From an uncultured Chlorobiota bacterium (GTDB taxonomy: Bacteria; Bacteroidota; Bacteroidia; Bacteroidales; JAADGE01), in NCBI GenBank assembly GCA_947311265.1, contig CAMZKQ010000240.1:1-53649 (forward strand): a stretch of 53,649 nucleotides of DNA. The letters run 5' to 3'. Every line of letters starts with the position of its first letter. Position 1 is the stretch's first letter. Below, in pieces: positions 9,479 through 19,180 of this stretch. The translations under genes and the position numbers were made by a program. A model generated the notes under the pieces. It did not search any database, was not told the DNA's origin, and was given only the letters and a program-made list of their open reading frames with translations.

Positions 9479-10285
9479 TTAGATATACTTTTGAATACTT
9501 TTAATACTTCGTTTCCATAATTTTTTCTGTACTTCTTTATCTAGCGAAATAGGGTTGCTTTGCATTGGTCGCCCATTTTCAAGATACAAACCTGTCATTC
9601 TACCAAGTAACTCGCTATCAACAAGGTAAGTTAGATTTTTAGCCCCTTCGCTGATAGGGAATCCCCCACTCCATGCGGCATTTAGCAACTTGGTTTCAAT
9701 CACCCCTGGGTGCACCGAGTTTGAGGTGATATTTGTCCCCTCGAAATAATCTGCTAAATAGTTTGCTGTAAGTATGTTACATAGTTTAGAGAGGGCATAA
9801 TTTTCATTGCCTTTATATGTTTTCTCACCTTGTAAATTATCGAAACTAAGGCTTGCTGCATGTAGCATTGAGCTTAAAAAAATTATTCTGCAAGTAGGGG
9901 CATTTCTAAATAATTTTTCTAGCTTTTTTGTTATCAAAACTGTACTTAAATGATTCACTTGAAAAGTGAGTTCGTTGCCATCTTCTGTGATTTCTTTTTC
10001 GTTAGAAAAAGTAGCTGCATTATGGAACATAATATCAATCTTATCAAATTTAGCTTCAATAATATTGCACATCTTTATAATTTGTTCCATCGAGTTAAAA
10101 TCTGCAAGCACAGGGAAAACAGTAGAGTTAGGGGCTTCTTTATTAATAAAATCAAGACTGTCGGCTAAGCGTTGTTTATTTCGCCCATGTATAATTACGG
10201 TATGTCCTAGTTTTGCTAAATCGGCGGCCGTTTGTTTTCCTATTCCATCGGTTGAGCCTGTTATAAAAATTGTTTTTTTCGACAT
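9479..10285 (-). CDS. SDR family oxidoreductase (short-chain dehydrogenase/reductase)
   Basis: TGxxxGIG cofactor motif (ITGSTDGIGK), NNAG-like motif (FHNAAT) and catalytic YxxxK (YALSK). Confidence 0.85.
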   Translation of the reverse strand: MSKKTIFITGSTDGIGKQTAADLAKLGHTVIIHGRNKQRLADSLDFINKEAPNSTVFPVLADFNSMEQIIKMCNIIEAKFDKIDIMFHNAATFSNEKEITEDGNELTFQVNHLSTVLITKKLEKLFRNAPTCRIIFLSSMLHAASLSFDNLQGEKTYKGNENYALSKLCNILTANYLADYFEGTNITSNSVHPGVIETKLLNAAWSGGFPISEGAKNLTYLVDSELLGRMTGLYLENGRPMQSNPISLDKEVQKKLWKRSIKSIQKYI

Positions 10286-10327
10286 CGTTATCTTTTCTCT
10301 ATGTTCTGAATTCTGTTAATAAGTTTG

Positions 10328-10335
10328 CAAAGTTA
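10328..10335 (-). promoter_or_regulatory. Candidate -7 box (TAnnTTTG) for the SDR-GNAT operon
   Basis: Plus-strand caaagtta reads TAACTTTG on the minus strand, 43 nt upstream of the ATG at 10285. Confidence 0.4.
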
Positions 10336-10376
10336 AAAATATCAGCGTAAAGCTAATTTTATTTCTTAATTAAATT

Positions 10377-10384
10377 TATTTTTG
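10377..10384 (+). promoter_or_regulatory. Candidate -7 box (TAnnTTTG) for the DUF481 gene
   Basis: TATTTTTG at 10377-10384, 23 nt upstream of the ATG at 10407. A second match (TAAGTTTG) lies at 10320-10327. Confidence 0.4.
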
Positions 10385-10406
10385 TAAATAACCAACAACT
10401 TAACTT

Positions 10407-11150
10407 ATGAAACAGCTCGCCCCTACTCTATTATTTTTCTTTATTTGTTTTTCAGGATTTTCGCAAGACAATAAACCCGCTTGGAGCGGGAATTTAAAAG
10501 CTGGACTCACTTTATACTCTGGCAATGTAAATAAATTTAACATGAAAGGCAGTGGAGAGCTGTCTCATTTTGATAGTATTTTTGAACTAAGTGTGTTTGC
10601 ATCAGGGCATTATAGCGAAAAGGATCATAAGGCAAATAAGTCTGAATATACGGCTGGTATTAAGTATGATTTTCATCCACTAGCCATAATTTCACCATTT
10701 GCATTGCTGCAGGTTTATAGTAATAAACAGAAGGAAATACGCTTGCGTTCGAGTGGTTTATTGGGTGTAAAGTATGGGTATTATCGCACAAAAAAAAGTA
10801 ATTTTTCTTTAAGTTTTGCCATACAAAACGATTATGATATTTATTTTTCGCCCTCCGATGAGTCTGAAATTTTAAAGCCTAATAAAAATATTGTGCGTTT
10901 CTCTATCCGTCCAAAATTCAAATATAAATTAACCGAAAGTATTTATTTAAAGCATGTTACCTATTACCAGCCATCAATACTGAACTATTTAGATTATCGT
11001 ATTTATACAAAAACAGTGCTTAGTAACCAGCTTTGGAAATCGCTTTATGTGGAGTTTGATTTTATTTACGAATTTGATAATATTACCGTTTATAATGCTG
11101 TAGAAAAAGAGGATTACTCATTTTTTGTAACCCTAAAATACAAGTTCTAA
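10407..11150 (+). CDS. DUF481-like outer-membrane beta-barrel protein
   Basis: Signal peptide (LLFFFICFSGFSQD), alternating beta-strand pattern throughout, C-terminal aromatic residue (…TLKYKF) typical of OM barrels. Confidence 0.6.
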   Translation: MKQLAPTLLFFFICFSGFSQDNKPAWSGNLKAGLTLYSGNVNKFNMKGSGELSHFDSIFELSVFASGHYSEKDHKANKSEYTAGIKYDFHPLAIISPFALLQVYSNKQKEIRLRSSGLLGVKYGYYRTKKSNFSLSFAIQNDYDIYFSPSDESEILKPNKNIVRFSIRPKFKYKLTESIYLKHVTYYQPSILNYLDYRIYTKTVLSNQLWKSLYVEFDFIYEFDNITVYNAVEKEDYSFFVTLKYKF

Positions 11151-12271
11151 ATCAGGTACAAATCTTCTGTTATTTTATCGGAAATAAATAAACCTTTTTC
11201 GGTGAGTGAAAATTTATCGCACTCCCGTACAATATGTCCTGTATCAATATATTTACGGATATTTTTATAAAATTTTTCGGTGAAATGTATGCCGTAACTC
11301 TGTGTTATTTTTTTTGTACTTACTCCCCAAATTGTTCGCAGTGAGGTGATTATATATTCATTATATTTATCTTTTTTCGATAAGTTTTCAATTTCTTGTG
11401 TTAAATCTTTTGCTTCACAATTTAGGTACTCTTTCAGCAAAGCTGAATTTTTTATACGCTGGCTGCCATTGTAAGAATGCGCCGAAGGCCCTAGGCCTAA
11501 ATATTTTTTTTCTTGCCAGTAAGCAGAATTGTGTTGCGAATAGTAGCCCGGTTTTGCAAAGTTAGAAATTTCGTAATGTTCGTACCCATTAGCTTGGGCA
11601 AATTTTCGGAGTAGCCTAAATTGCTCTTCACTATTTTCCTCGCCTATTTCCAAAATTTTACCGTTTTTACGGAACTTATAAAATACTGTACCTTGCTCAT
11701 AAGTAAGGTGATAGGCAGATAAATGTGGGATTTCAAGTTGTGAAAAAATAGTCAGGTTTTTTTGCCATTTTTCACCGTCCATTTTGGGCAATCCATAAAT
11801 TAAATCGCCAGTAATATTTAAAAATCCTGCGGATTTTGCGTTTACAACGCAATCGTATGCTTCCTTGGCAGTATGCCGCCTGTTCATCAGTTTTAAATCA
11901 TCATCAAAAAAAGATTGTATGCCAATACTTAGCCTATTTATCTTTGTGGTTTTCAGCTCTTTGAGATATTCTTTTGAAAGGTCATCGGGGTTTGCCTCGA
12001 GGGTAATTTCGGGCTTTTGAGCCACCGAAAAGTGTTCATAAATCACGGCAATAATATCTGAAATTTCGTTGCCCGAAAGTACCGAAGGCGTGCCACCTCC
12101 AAAGTAAATGGTCTGTACAGTTTCTTTATTCAGAAATTTTTTACGATATTTGAGTTCTTTTTTCAACTTTTCAATAAAAGCAGCTTTATGCCGAAGGGCT
12201 AGCGAAACGTAAAAATCGCAGTAAAAACATTTTTTTTTGCAAAAGGGGATATGTAAATAAATGCCTGCCAT
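11147..12271 (-). CDS. hemW: Radical SAM heme chaperone HemW (coproporphyrinogen III oxidase-like)
   Basis: N-terminal YLHIPFCKKKCFYCDF (CxxxCxxC radical SAM cluster). 374 aa, with HemN/HemW-type C-terminal domain. Confidence 0.85.
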   Translation of the reverse strand: MAGIYLHIPFCKKKCFYCDFYVSLALRHKAAFIEKLKKELKYRKKFLNKETVQTIYFGGGTPSVLSGNEISDIIAVIYEHFSVAQKPEITLEANPDDLSKEYLKELKTTKINRLSIGIQSFFDDDLKLMNRRHTAKEAYDCVVNAKSAGFLNITGDLIYGLPKMDGEKWQKNLTIFSQLEIPHLSAYHLTYEQGTVFYKFRKNGKILEIGEENSEEQFRLLRKFAQANGYEHYEISNFAKPGYYSQHNSAYWQEKKYLGLGPSAHSYNGSQRIKNSALLKEYLNCEAKDLTQEIENLSKKDKYNEYIITSLRTIWGVSTKKITQSYGIHFTEKFYKNIRKYIDTGHIVRECDKFSLTEKGLFISDKITEDLYLI

Positions 12272-12344
12272 TTTTTTAGTGTTAAGTTGTAAGTGTAGAA
12301 TTGTAATTTTTTAAAGCCATTTTTTTATCAATAGAGTAGGGGGC

Positions 12345-12743
12345 ATGACTGTAATTTTTAGGTTTATAAAGCAATATTACAAAACAATTCTTGTTTTTTC
12401 GGTAATTTTGCTACTAAGTTTAATGCCCAGTAGCGATATTCCGAGAACTCGGTTAATAAATATTCCTCATTTTGATAAGTTAGTGCATTTTTCTATGTAT
12501 TTTGGTTTCAGTTTTGTTGTTCTTTGGGATTTTTCGGCGCAGAAAGAACTGACCCGAAAAATTGTTGCTACAATTTTATTTGTAGTTATTTCAGCAAGCG
12601 GAATGATTGAAATTATGCAAGGATTATGGTCCAGTGGGAGGGAGGCTGATTTTTACGACCTTATTGCCAATAGTGCCGGAGCAATTGTGGGGACGGGTGT
12701 TTTTTTTGCCATTTTAAACCACAAAAAAGCTGATACAAAATAG
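12345..12743 (+). CDS. VanZ family membrane protein
   Basis: 132 aa, four hydrophobic segments, VanZ-like motifs (FDKLVHFSMYFGF; DLIANSAGAIVG). Confidence 0.6.
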   Translation: MTVIFRFIKQYYKTILVFSVILLLSLMPSSDIPRTRLINIPHFDKLVHFSMYFGFSFVVLWDFSAQKELTRKIVATILFVVISASGMIEIMQGLWSSGREADFYDLIANSAGAIVGTGVFFAILNHKKADTK

Positions 12744-12790
12744 TTGCACCAGCTTATAGTATATTAATTATCAAAAGGATAACTGTGTTT

Positions 12791-13234
12791 TTAGAACGTA
12801 AGAATTTCATCTGCATTTTTAATTCCTGTTGAAAAGTCCTTTACCGTCTGTTGTTTAAAGGCATTGTAAAATTTGGTTCTCACTACGCTAGATTTTTCGT
12901 GGAAAGGGCATTTTTCTTCTTTTGATTTATCGTCCTCGCAAATTTTTAGCCCTATCATACACTGCTCAAAAACGTCGGTACCGTCAATGGCTTCAACAAT
13001 ATCAAAAAGTGTAATATCTTCTGCATCTTTGGCCAAGGAAAAGCCACCATTTGGTCCTTTTGTAGAGGCTAGCATTTTCTTTTTTGCAAGCATTTGCAAT
13101 ATTTTCCCTAAAAATGGGGCGGGCAAAGTCAGTTCTTCAGATATTTTTTTTATTCCTATTTTTTTTCCTTCTATCTGATTTACAGCAAGGTATATTACAG
13201 CCCTTATTCCGTATTTGCAAGTATTCGATAACAT
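12791..13234 (-). CDS. Rrf2 family transcriptional regulator
   Basis: MLSNTCKYGIRAVIYLA... is a canonical Rrf2 N-terminal wHTH. The track ORF extends to a TTG at 13258, but the ATG at 13234 gives the family-typical start. Confidence 0.8.
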   Translation of the reverse strand: MLSNTCKYGIRAVIYLAVNQIEGKKIGIKKISEELTLPAPFLGKILQMLAKKKMLASTKGPNGGFSLAKDAEDITLFDIVEAIDGTDVFEQCMIGLKICEDDKSKEEKCPFHEKSSVVRTKFYNAFKQQTVKDFSTGIKNADEILTF

Positions 13235-13309
13235 CTCTTCATTTTTATTGAAACACAAAGTTAATAAAAATTTCGTACAATATTGTCTTAAATATAAACA
13301 TTTAGCTTT

Positions 13310-13741
13310 TTATACAGGTATTTTATCTATCCGCCGTTGATGCCTTCCGCCCTCAAAGCCTGTTAATAAAAAAATATTTACAATTTCTTTTGCTAAATTT
13401 TCGCTTACAAAGCGTGCCGGGATAGCACAAATATTAGCGTCGTTATGCAGGCGAGCAAGTTGTGTGATTTCAGTTGTCCAGCAGAGGGCAGAGCGTATGC
13501 CTTGGTGCTTATTTACGGTAATATTTATTCCGTTTCCACTGCCACAAAGCGATATTCCGCAGTCAAAATCTCCTTTTTCTACAGCGGCAGCCATAGGGTG
13601 TGCAAAGTCGGGATAATCTGCGCTTTCTTCGGAATAACAACCAAAATCTTTGGCTGTATGTCCGGCTTCTTCGAGCATTTTTATTATTGCTAGTTTTGTT
13701 GTGTAGCCAGCATGGTCGCAGGCAAGGGCTATTTTTTTCAT
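13310..13741 (-). CDS. rpiB: Ribose-5-phosphate isomerase B
   Basis: 143 aa. MKKIALACDHAGY..., CGSGNGINITVNKHQGIRSALCW, typical of the RpiB/LacAB family. Confidence 0.85.
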   Translation of the reverse strand: MKKIALACDHAGYTTKLAIIKMLEEAGHTAKDFGCYSEESADYPDFAHPMAAAVEKGDFDCGISLCGSGNGINITVNKHQGIRSALCWTTEITQLARLHNDANICAIPARFVSENLAKEIVNIFLLTGFEGGRHQRRIDKIPV

Positions 13742-14309
13742 GGATTCATATAATTATGTTTTACTGCCTTTAGTTTACAAAGGTATTTTTTATTAAACAA
13801 GCCCCCAAATTTAACTAAATAAAATTAGTTATCCTAAAAATAAAGACTTATCAACAAAAATACATGAAAACCATATTGGATTAATAATCAGATACTTAGG
13901 ATTAAAATTTATGAACATTTATTTGTTTGTAACTTTCTAATTACTTGCAGCTAAAATTGACAACTAAATTTTGATATTAATAAACATTAAACCTATTAAC
14001 AAAAATTTCAAACAAGCAAGTCTATTTTATTATTTCTTACAAAAAGTTTTAAACACGATAATAAATAACTACTGAAAATTACTTTTAACCATATTATTTT
14101 TAACGACACTTTTAAACAGTTGTGTATAAAATCTATAAAAAGATGATAAGCAGAAACATTTTTTAGAAAAATATGTTAATTTTGAGTTTAACAAACTTTA
14201 ATTACCGATAAAACAAGAGCCTCCTAATAAACTTTATAAAAGAATTAACCGACTATTATTATCATCATTACTTTTTTAAATTTTTTAAACTTTTTATAAT
14301 TATAATATA

Positions 14310-15305
14310 ATGAATATTGAAAAACAGATTTCAGAAAAAGGCTTTATTGATATTGCTCCTGAAAAAAACATCAATTTACAGGACGAAATTTTAAAACTCA
14401 AAAAAGAAAAAAATGCAATTATATTAGCCCACTACTACGTTACTGCCGATTTGCAAGAAATTGCTGATTTTGTAGGCGATAGCCTTGCCCTTTCGCAACA
14501 AGCCGCCAAAACAGAGGCAGATATTATCGTTTTTCTGGGCGTGCATTTTATGGCAGAAACCGCAAAAACGCTATCACCTAGCAAAAAAGTACTGCTCCCC
14601 GATTTAAAAGCCGGCTGCTCGTTGGCAGATTCTTGCCCAGCACCCGATTTTAAAACCTTCGTAGAGGCACACCCCAACCATGTTGTAATTTCATACGTAA
14701 ATACCACAGCAGCAGTAAAAGCCCTTACCGATATTATATGCACCTCCTCCAACGCAAAAGTAATTGTAGAAAGCGTGCCGAAAGACAAAAAAATAATTTT
14801 TGGCCCCGACCGTAACCTTGGTAATTATATCAATGCCCTTACGGGAAGAGAAATGGTACTTTGGGACGGGGCTTGCCACGTGCATCACGAATTTTCGTTG
14901 GAACGGATATTAAAACTCAAGCAAGAGCAGCCCGAAGCCAAAATTATAGCCCACCCAGAAACCCAAAAACCCGTACAAGAAGTAGCGGACTATGTAGGCT
15001 CTACATCTGGAATGCTACAATTTACCATTGATAATGAAGGGCAAATTTTCATCGTAGCTACCGAACCCGGAGTAATTCACCAAATGAAAAAAGCAAGCCC
15101 CAACAAAACATTTATTCCTGCCCCGGGCGATGACCCCGACTGTGCTTGCAACGATTGCGAATACATGAAAATGCACAGCATGACAAAACTTTACAATTGC
15201 CTAAAATACGAACAACCTGAAATTCATCTTGATGAAGAGATACGCCTAAAGGCACTCATTCCTATACAAGCAATGTTGGATATTTCAGCAAAAAATGGAC
15301 TCTAA
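14310..15305 (+). CDS. nadA: Quinolinate synthase NadA
   Basis: 331 aa. ILAHYYVTADLQEIADFVGDSLALSQ and conserved Cys contexts (AGCSLADSC, CHVHHEF, CNDCEYMK). Confidence 0.9.
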   Translation: MNIEKQISEKGFIDIAPEKNINLQDEILKLKKEKNAIILAHYYVTADLQEIADFVGDSLALSQQAAKTEADIIVFLGVHFMAETAKTLSPSKKVLLPDLKAGCSLADSCPAPDFKTFVEAHPNHVVISYVNTTAAVKALTDIICTSSNAKVIVESVPKDKKIIFGPDRNLGNYINALTGREMVLWDGACHVHHEFSLERILKLKQEQPEAKIIAHPETQKPVQEVADYVGSTSGMLQFTIDNEGQIFIVATEPGVIHQMKKASPNKTFIPAPGDDPDCACNDCEYMKMHSMTKLYNCLKYEQPEIHLDEEIRLKALIPIQAMLDISAKNGL

Positions 15306-15340
15306 GTCGCCCCGAGAATATTTACTAAACCTGAAAAACG

Positions 15341-16882
15341 ATGAATAAATCATATCTTATATTACTGATTTTTATACTGTTAGAAATTTCTGCTTCTGCA
15401 CAGAAAAATAAAATTAACCCCAACGGATACAACAAATTTTTCTACGAAAACGGCAAGATTTCAAGCGAAGGCAATTTTACCAACGGTAAGCCCACAGGGC
15501 TTTGGAAATCCTACTACCCTTCCGGGATATTAAAAACAGAAGGCACAAGGAAAAATGATAAACTAGACAGCCTCTGGAAATTTTACGACGAAACAGGAAA
15601 TATTACACAAGCTATAAATTACCGTGCAGGTTTACGCAATGGCTTCTACTATACCTATAAATTTAATGAAAAAACAGCTAAAAATGAATTATTTAGCAAA
15701 GCACTTTTCTTAAACGATGACAAATTTGGAAAAACGTATTACTACTATCCAGACAACAAAATAAAATCAGTAATAGACTACGAAAATAACCGCAAGCACG
15801 GACGAGAAATTCATTATGACACAGTAGGTAGGATAACCCTTATAATGAAGTACAACCATGACAATTTAACCCATTCGGAGCAAATCAATAGGCACAATCA
15901 TAAAGGCGAAAAACAAGGCGTTTGGAAATCATTTTACCCCGATGGAAGTACTAAGAAATTTGAAAGCTACAAAAATGGAAAACTTCATGGCTACTACCGA
16001 GAATTTAATGCCAAAGGAAAAATGATAAATTCTAAATTATATGCCGAAGGCAAAGAGGTGGTAATCCCAAAAGAAGAAAAAGAAAAGCACAGTTACGCCA
16101 AAATAAAAGAAGAATTATATCCTAACGGAAAACTAAAAAAACAAGGGGCCTTTCAGAATAATAAACCCATTGGTTACCACAACGAATTTGATAAAAATGG
16201 TAAAATTATTGCCACAAAATTATACTCAAAAAAAGGTATTTTAAAAGGCAAAGGCATTGCCGATAAAAAGTCTAAAAAACAAGGAAACTGGACTTTCTAT
16301 TATAAAACGGGTGAAAAAAAATCCGAAGGAAAATACAAAAACGGGCGAAAAATAGGAACTTGGACATACTTTTTTAAAGGGCAAAAAATAGAACAAAAAG
16401 GCACTTTTGTAAAAGGCAGACCATCTGGCAATTGGGTGTGGTACTACCCCAACGGAAAAATCCGGCGAACAGGAAATTTTGCCAAAGGCAAAGAAAATGG
16501 AAAATTTATAGAATACGCACTAACAGGCGATACAATAGCAATAGGGAAATACCTTGCAGGAAAAAAAGAAGGTGAATGGCTGTATAAAGTTAACGGATTT
16601 GTAAAAAAAGGAACTTACACAATAGGCTTAAAATCAGGACTCTGGAAGCATTTTTATCCCGATAACACAATGGAATTTGAAGGGACTTACATGAATGGAG
16701 AAGAAGACGGAGAGCATATTTACTATTACCCTTCGGGACGAAAAAAAGAAATCCAAATATACACTTCTGGTGTAAAATCTAAAACATGGAAAAAATACCT
16801 CCCCGATGGAAATTTGGAAACTGTAACCATGTACAAAAATAATCAAAAATACAAAATTGACGGACACAAAGTGGAACAATAA
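15341..16882 (+). CDS. Secreted MORN-variant repeat protein (YwqK-family-like)
   Basis: Signal peptide, then more than 15 tandem ~23-aa repeats of the form G.W..YYPNGK....G.F..GK..G. Confidence 0.7.
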   Translation: MNKSYLILLIFILLEISASAQKNKINPNGYNKFFYENGKISSEGNFTNGKPTGLWKSYYPSGILKTEGTRKNDKLDSLWKFYDETGNITQAINYRAGLRNGFYYTYKFNEKTAKNELFSKALFLNDDKFGKTYYYYPDNKIKSVIDYENNRKHGREIHYDTVGRITLIMKYNHDNLTHSEQINRHNHKGEKQGVWKSFYPDGSTKKFESYKNGKLHGYYREFNAKGKMINSKLYAEGKEVVIPKEEKEKHSYAKIKEELYPNGKLKKQGAFQNNKPIGYHNEFDKNGKIIATKLYSKKGILKGKGIADKKSKKQGNWTFYYKTGEKKSEGKYKNGRKIGTWTYFFKGQKIEQKGTFVKGRPSGNWVWYYPNGKIRRTGNFAKGKENGKFIEYALTGDTIAIGKYLAGKKEGEWLYKVNGFVKKGTYTIGLKSGLWKHFYPDNTMEFEGTYMNGEEDGEHIYYYPSGRKKEIQIYTSGVKSKTWKKYLPDGNLETVTMYKNNQKYKIDGHKVEQ

Positions 16883-16964
16883 ACACTAAGTGTTATTTAA
16901 AGTTGCTTACGCAGTTCTGCAATATTCTGATAACTAATAAATTACAAACAAGCCAATATATAAT

Positions 16965-16972
16965 TAATTTTG
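16965..16972 (+). promoter_or_regulatory. Candidate -7 box (TAnnTTTG) for ruvB
   Basis: TAATTTTG at 16965-16972, 65 nt upstream of the ATG at 17037. Confidence 0.35.
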
Positions 16973-17036
16973 TATGACAGCTTAGTCAGTCGTTAGTTAA
17001 AACTGAATACTTACTACTTTATACTTAAAAAAAAGA

Positions 17037-18056
17037 ATGGACATTCACGATAAGGAAAATATAAAAACAACGGAGCAGGATTTTGAAACCAGCTTACGAC
17101 CGTTGAGTTTTGACGATTTTAGCGGACAGCCAAAAATTGTTGAAAACTTAAAAATATTTGTACAAGCTGCAAAAATGCGTGGCGAAGCCTTAGACCACGT
17201 CTTATTGCACGGCCCTCCGGGCTTGGGTAAAACCACCCTCTCGAATATCGTAGCAGCGGAGCTTGGGGTAAGCATGAAAATCACCTCGGGCCCAGTACTC
17301 GATAAACCCGGCGACCTTGCCGGCCTACTCACTAACCTTGATGAAAATGACGTGCTTTTTATTGACGAAATTCACCGCCTCAGCCCCATTGTTGAGGAGT
17401 ATCTTTATTCTGCCATGGAGGATTTTCGGATTGATATAATGATAGACAAAGGCCCAGCAGCTCGCTCCTTGCAATTGGAACTTAACCCATTTACATTGGT
17501 AGGGGCAACCACTCGTTCTGGTTTGCTTACTTCCCCACTTCGTGCCAGATTTGGTATAAAATTTTTATTGGAATATTACAACGCCAAAGTACTCACCGAC
17601 ATAGTAACTCGCTCTGCCGGAATACTTAACGTGCCGATAGCCGAAAATGCCGCTTTTGAAATAGCATCAAGAAGCCGAGGAACTCCCCGAATTGCAAACG
17701 CACTGCTTCGGCGTGTACGAGATTTTGCCCAAGTAAAAGGCAACGGAAAAATTGACCTCGAAATTGCAAAATACGGACTCGATGCCTTAAACATTGATGC
17801 CCGTGGCTTGGACGAAATGGTCAATAAAATTCTATCGGCAATTATAGATAAATTCAGTGGAGGTCCCGTGGGAGTGAGTACTATTGCCACCGCAGTAGGG
17901 GAGGAGAGTGGCACTATCGAAGAGGTGTACGAACCGTTCCTTATTATGGAAGGATTCATAAAGCGAACGCCCCGAGGACGTGAAGTTACCGAAGCGGCCT
18001 ACAAGCACCTCGGTAAAATAAAATATCCCGAAAACGGGAACTTATTCGGTGGATAA
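17037..18056 (+). CDS. ruvB: Holliday junction branch migration DNA helicase RuvB
   Basis: 339 aa. Walker A ([12 protein letters not shown]), Walker B ([10 protein letters not shown]), RuvB C-terminal winged helix ([18 protein letters not shown]). Confidence 0.95.
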   Translation: MDIHDKENIKTTEQDFETSLRPLSFDDFSGQPKIVENLKIFVQAAKMRGEALDHVLLHGPPGLGKTTLSNIVAAELGVSMKITSGPVLDKPGDLAGLLTNLDENDVLFIDEIHRLSPIVEEYLYSAMEDFRIDIMIDKGPAARSLQLELNPFTLVGATTRSGLLTSPLRARFGIKFLLEYYNAKVLTDIVTRSAGILNVPIAENAAFEIASRSRGTPRIANALLRRVRDFAQVKGNGKIDLEIAKYGLDALNIDARGLDEMVNKILSAIIDKFSGGPVGVSTIATAVGEESGTIEEVYEPFLIMEGFIKRTPRGREVTEAAYKHLGKIKYPENGNLFGG

Positions 18057-18064
18057 ATAAAAAA

Positions 18065-18096
18065 AACGTCGGAAATTAATGCTCGGCGTTTTTTTT
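18065..18096. terminator. Bidirectional rho-independent terminator between ruvB and the convergent ypfJ-like gene
   Basis: aaaacgtcgg-loop-ctcggcgttttttttt. GC-rich stem with G-U pairs, flanked by an A-run on the left and a T-run on the right. Confidence 0.55.
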
Positions 18097-18108
18097 GATG
18101 CTTTTATC

Positions 18109-18984
18109 TTACTTAAAAGTATTGCCTGCCGCAAAAGTACCTTGTTTAAAGCCCTTTAAGAACCATGCAATTCTTTGCTTAGAACTGCCGTGTGTAAAGG
18201 CATCGGGTACAACGTAGCCTTGTGCTTTTTTCTGTAAACGGTCGTCGCCCACCGCACTTGCTGCTTCAATAGCTTCTTGAATGTCGCCCTCTTCCAAAAT
18301 ATTTTTCATTTTTTGGGCATGATGTGCCCACATGCCTGCAAGATAATCGGCTTGGAGTTCTAATTTTACCGAGAGTTTATTAAATTCTTTTTTGCTTAAT
18401 TTGTTTTTTTTTGCATAAACTTTTTCAGTAATGCCGTTAAGGTGCTGTATATGATGCCCCACTTCGTGGGCAATAACGTATGCCATTGCAAAATCGCCAG
18501 CTGCCCCATAATCTCTTCTTAAATCCCTAAGAAAATTTAAGTCCATATAAACTTTCCTATCGGCAGGGCAGTAGTAAGGTCCTGTTGCTGCTCCTGCAAT
18601 ACCGCATGCACCAGTAGTTTATCCATTAAAAATGACCATGGTTGGTTTTTTGTACGTTTTGTTGAGTTGCTCTCTAAATAGTTTTTCCCAAACGTCTTCG
18701 GTATCCTTTAAAACTACTTTTGAGAACTGTGCTAACTGCTCATTTTGCCCTGCGGATTTAGGTTTTGCTTGCTGGCTACTTTGCTGTGCAGTATTTGTAG
18801 TACCAGTGTTTCCCATAAAATTAAGGGGATTTTGCCCCGTAATTAGCGAAAAAACAATAACAACAATTACGCCCACAATTCCTAATCCTCCGGCACGTTT
18901 ACCACGCCTTCTTCCTCTTGTGTTGCCACCTCCGCCTCTGCGGTCATCTACATTTCTACTGCCTTGCCTTCCTTTCCATTTCAT
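18109..18984 (-). pseudogene. ypfJ: YpfJ-family neutral zinc metallopeptidase interrupted by one in-frame TAA
   Basis: Track ORFs 18619-18984 (MKWKGRQGSRNVDDRRGGGG..., TM segment) and 18109-18546 (GDFAMAYVIAHEVGHHIQ) are in the same frame. Reading through the TAA at 18619-18621 gives ...[36 protein letters not shown]..., which is continuous family sequence. Confidence 0.8.
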
Positions 18985-19112
18985 AATCTTGGTTTTTGTT
19001 AAAAATTAATAATTACTTTTTAGTTTTAAGATAAAAAGTATATTTAACCTACATATTTTATGCCTTTTTATGATATTTTTGGAATTAGATTTTAAAAAGT
19101 CGTATAAAAATT

Positions 19113-19150
19113 AAAAACTGCCGCCGAAAATTAATTCAGCGGCGGTTTTT
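19113..19150 (-). terminator. Rho-independent terminator downstream of the 19181-19777 gene
   Basis: ccgccg (19121-19126) pairs with cggcgg (19140-19145). On the minus strand the stem is followed by a T-run. Confidence 0.5.
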
Positions 19151-19180
19151 GTATTTGGATAGAATTGAAACTTACTGAGT

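Noticed and set aside
13742-14309. NAD+ (nadA-motif) riboswitch upstream of nadA.
   Set aside because: The spacer has no GC-containing paired domains of the kind that motif needs, and that motif is known only from a different phylum. I recognise nothing in the sequence that resembles it.
16988-16998. 11-mer AGTCGTTAGTT shared between the ruvB upstream region (16988-16998) and the spacer before the first palindrome (32767-32777).
   Set aside because: Hundreds of 11-mer coincidences are expected by chance in 53 kb on both strands, and the flanks do not align further.
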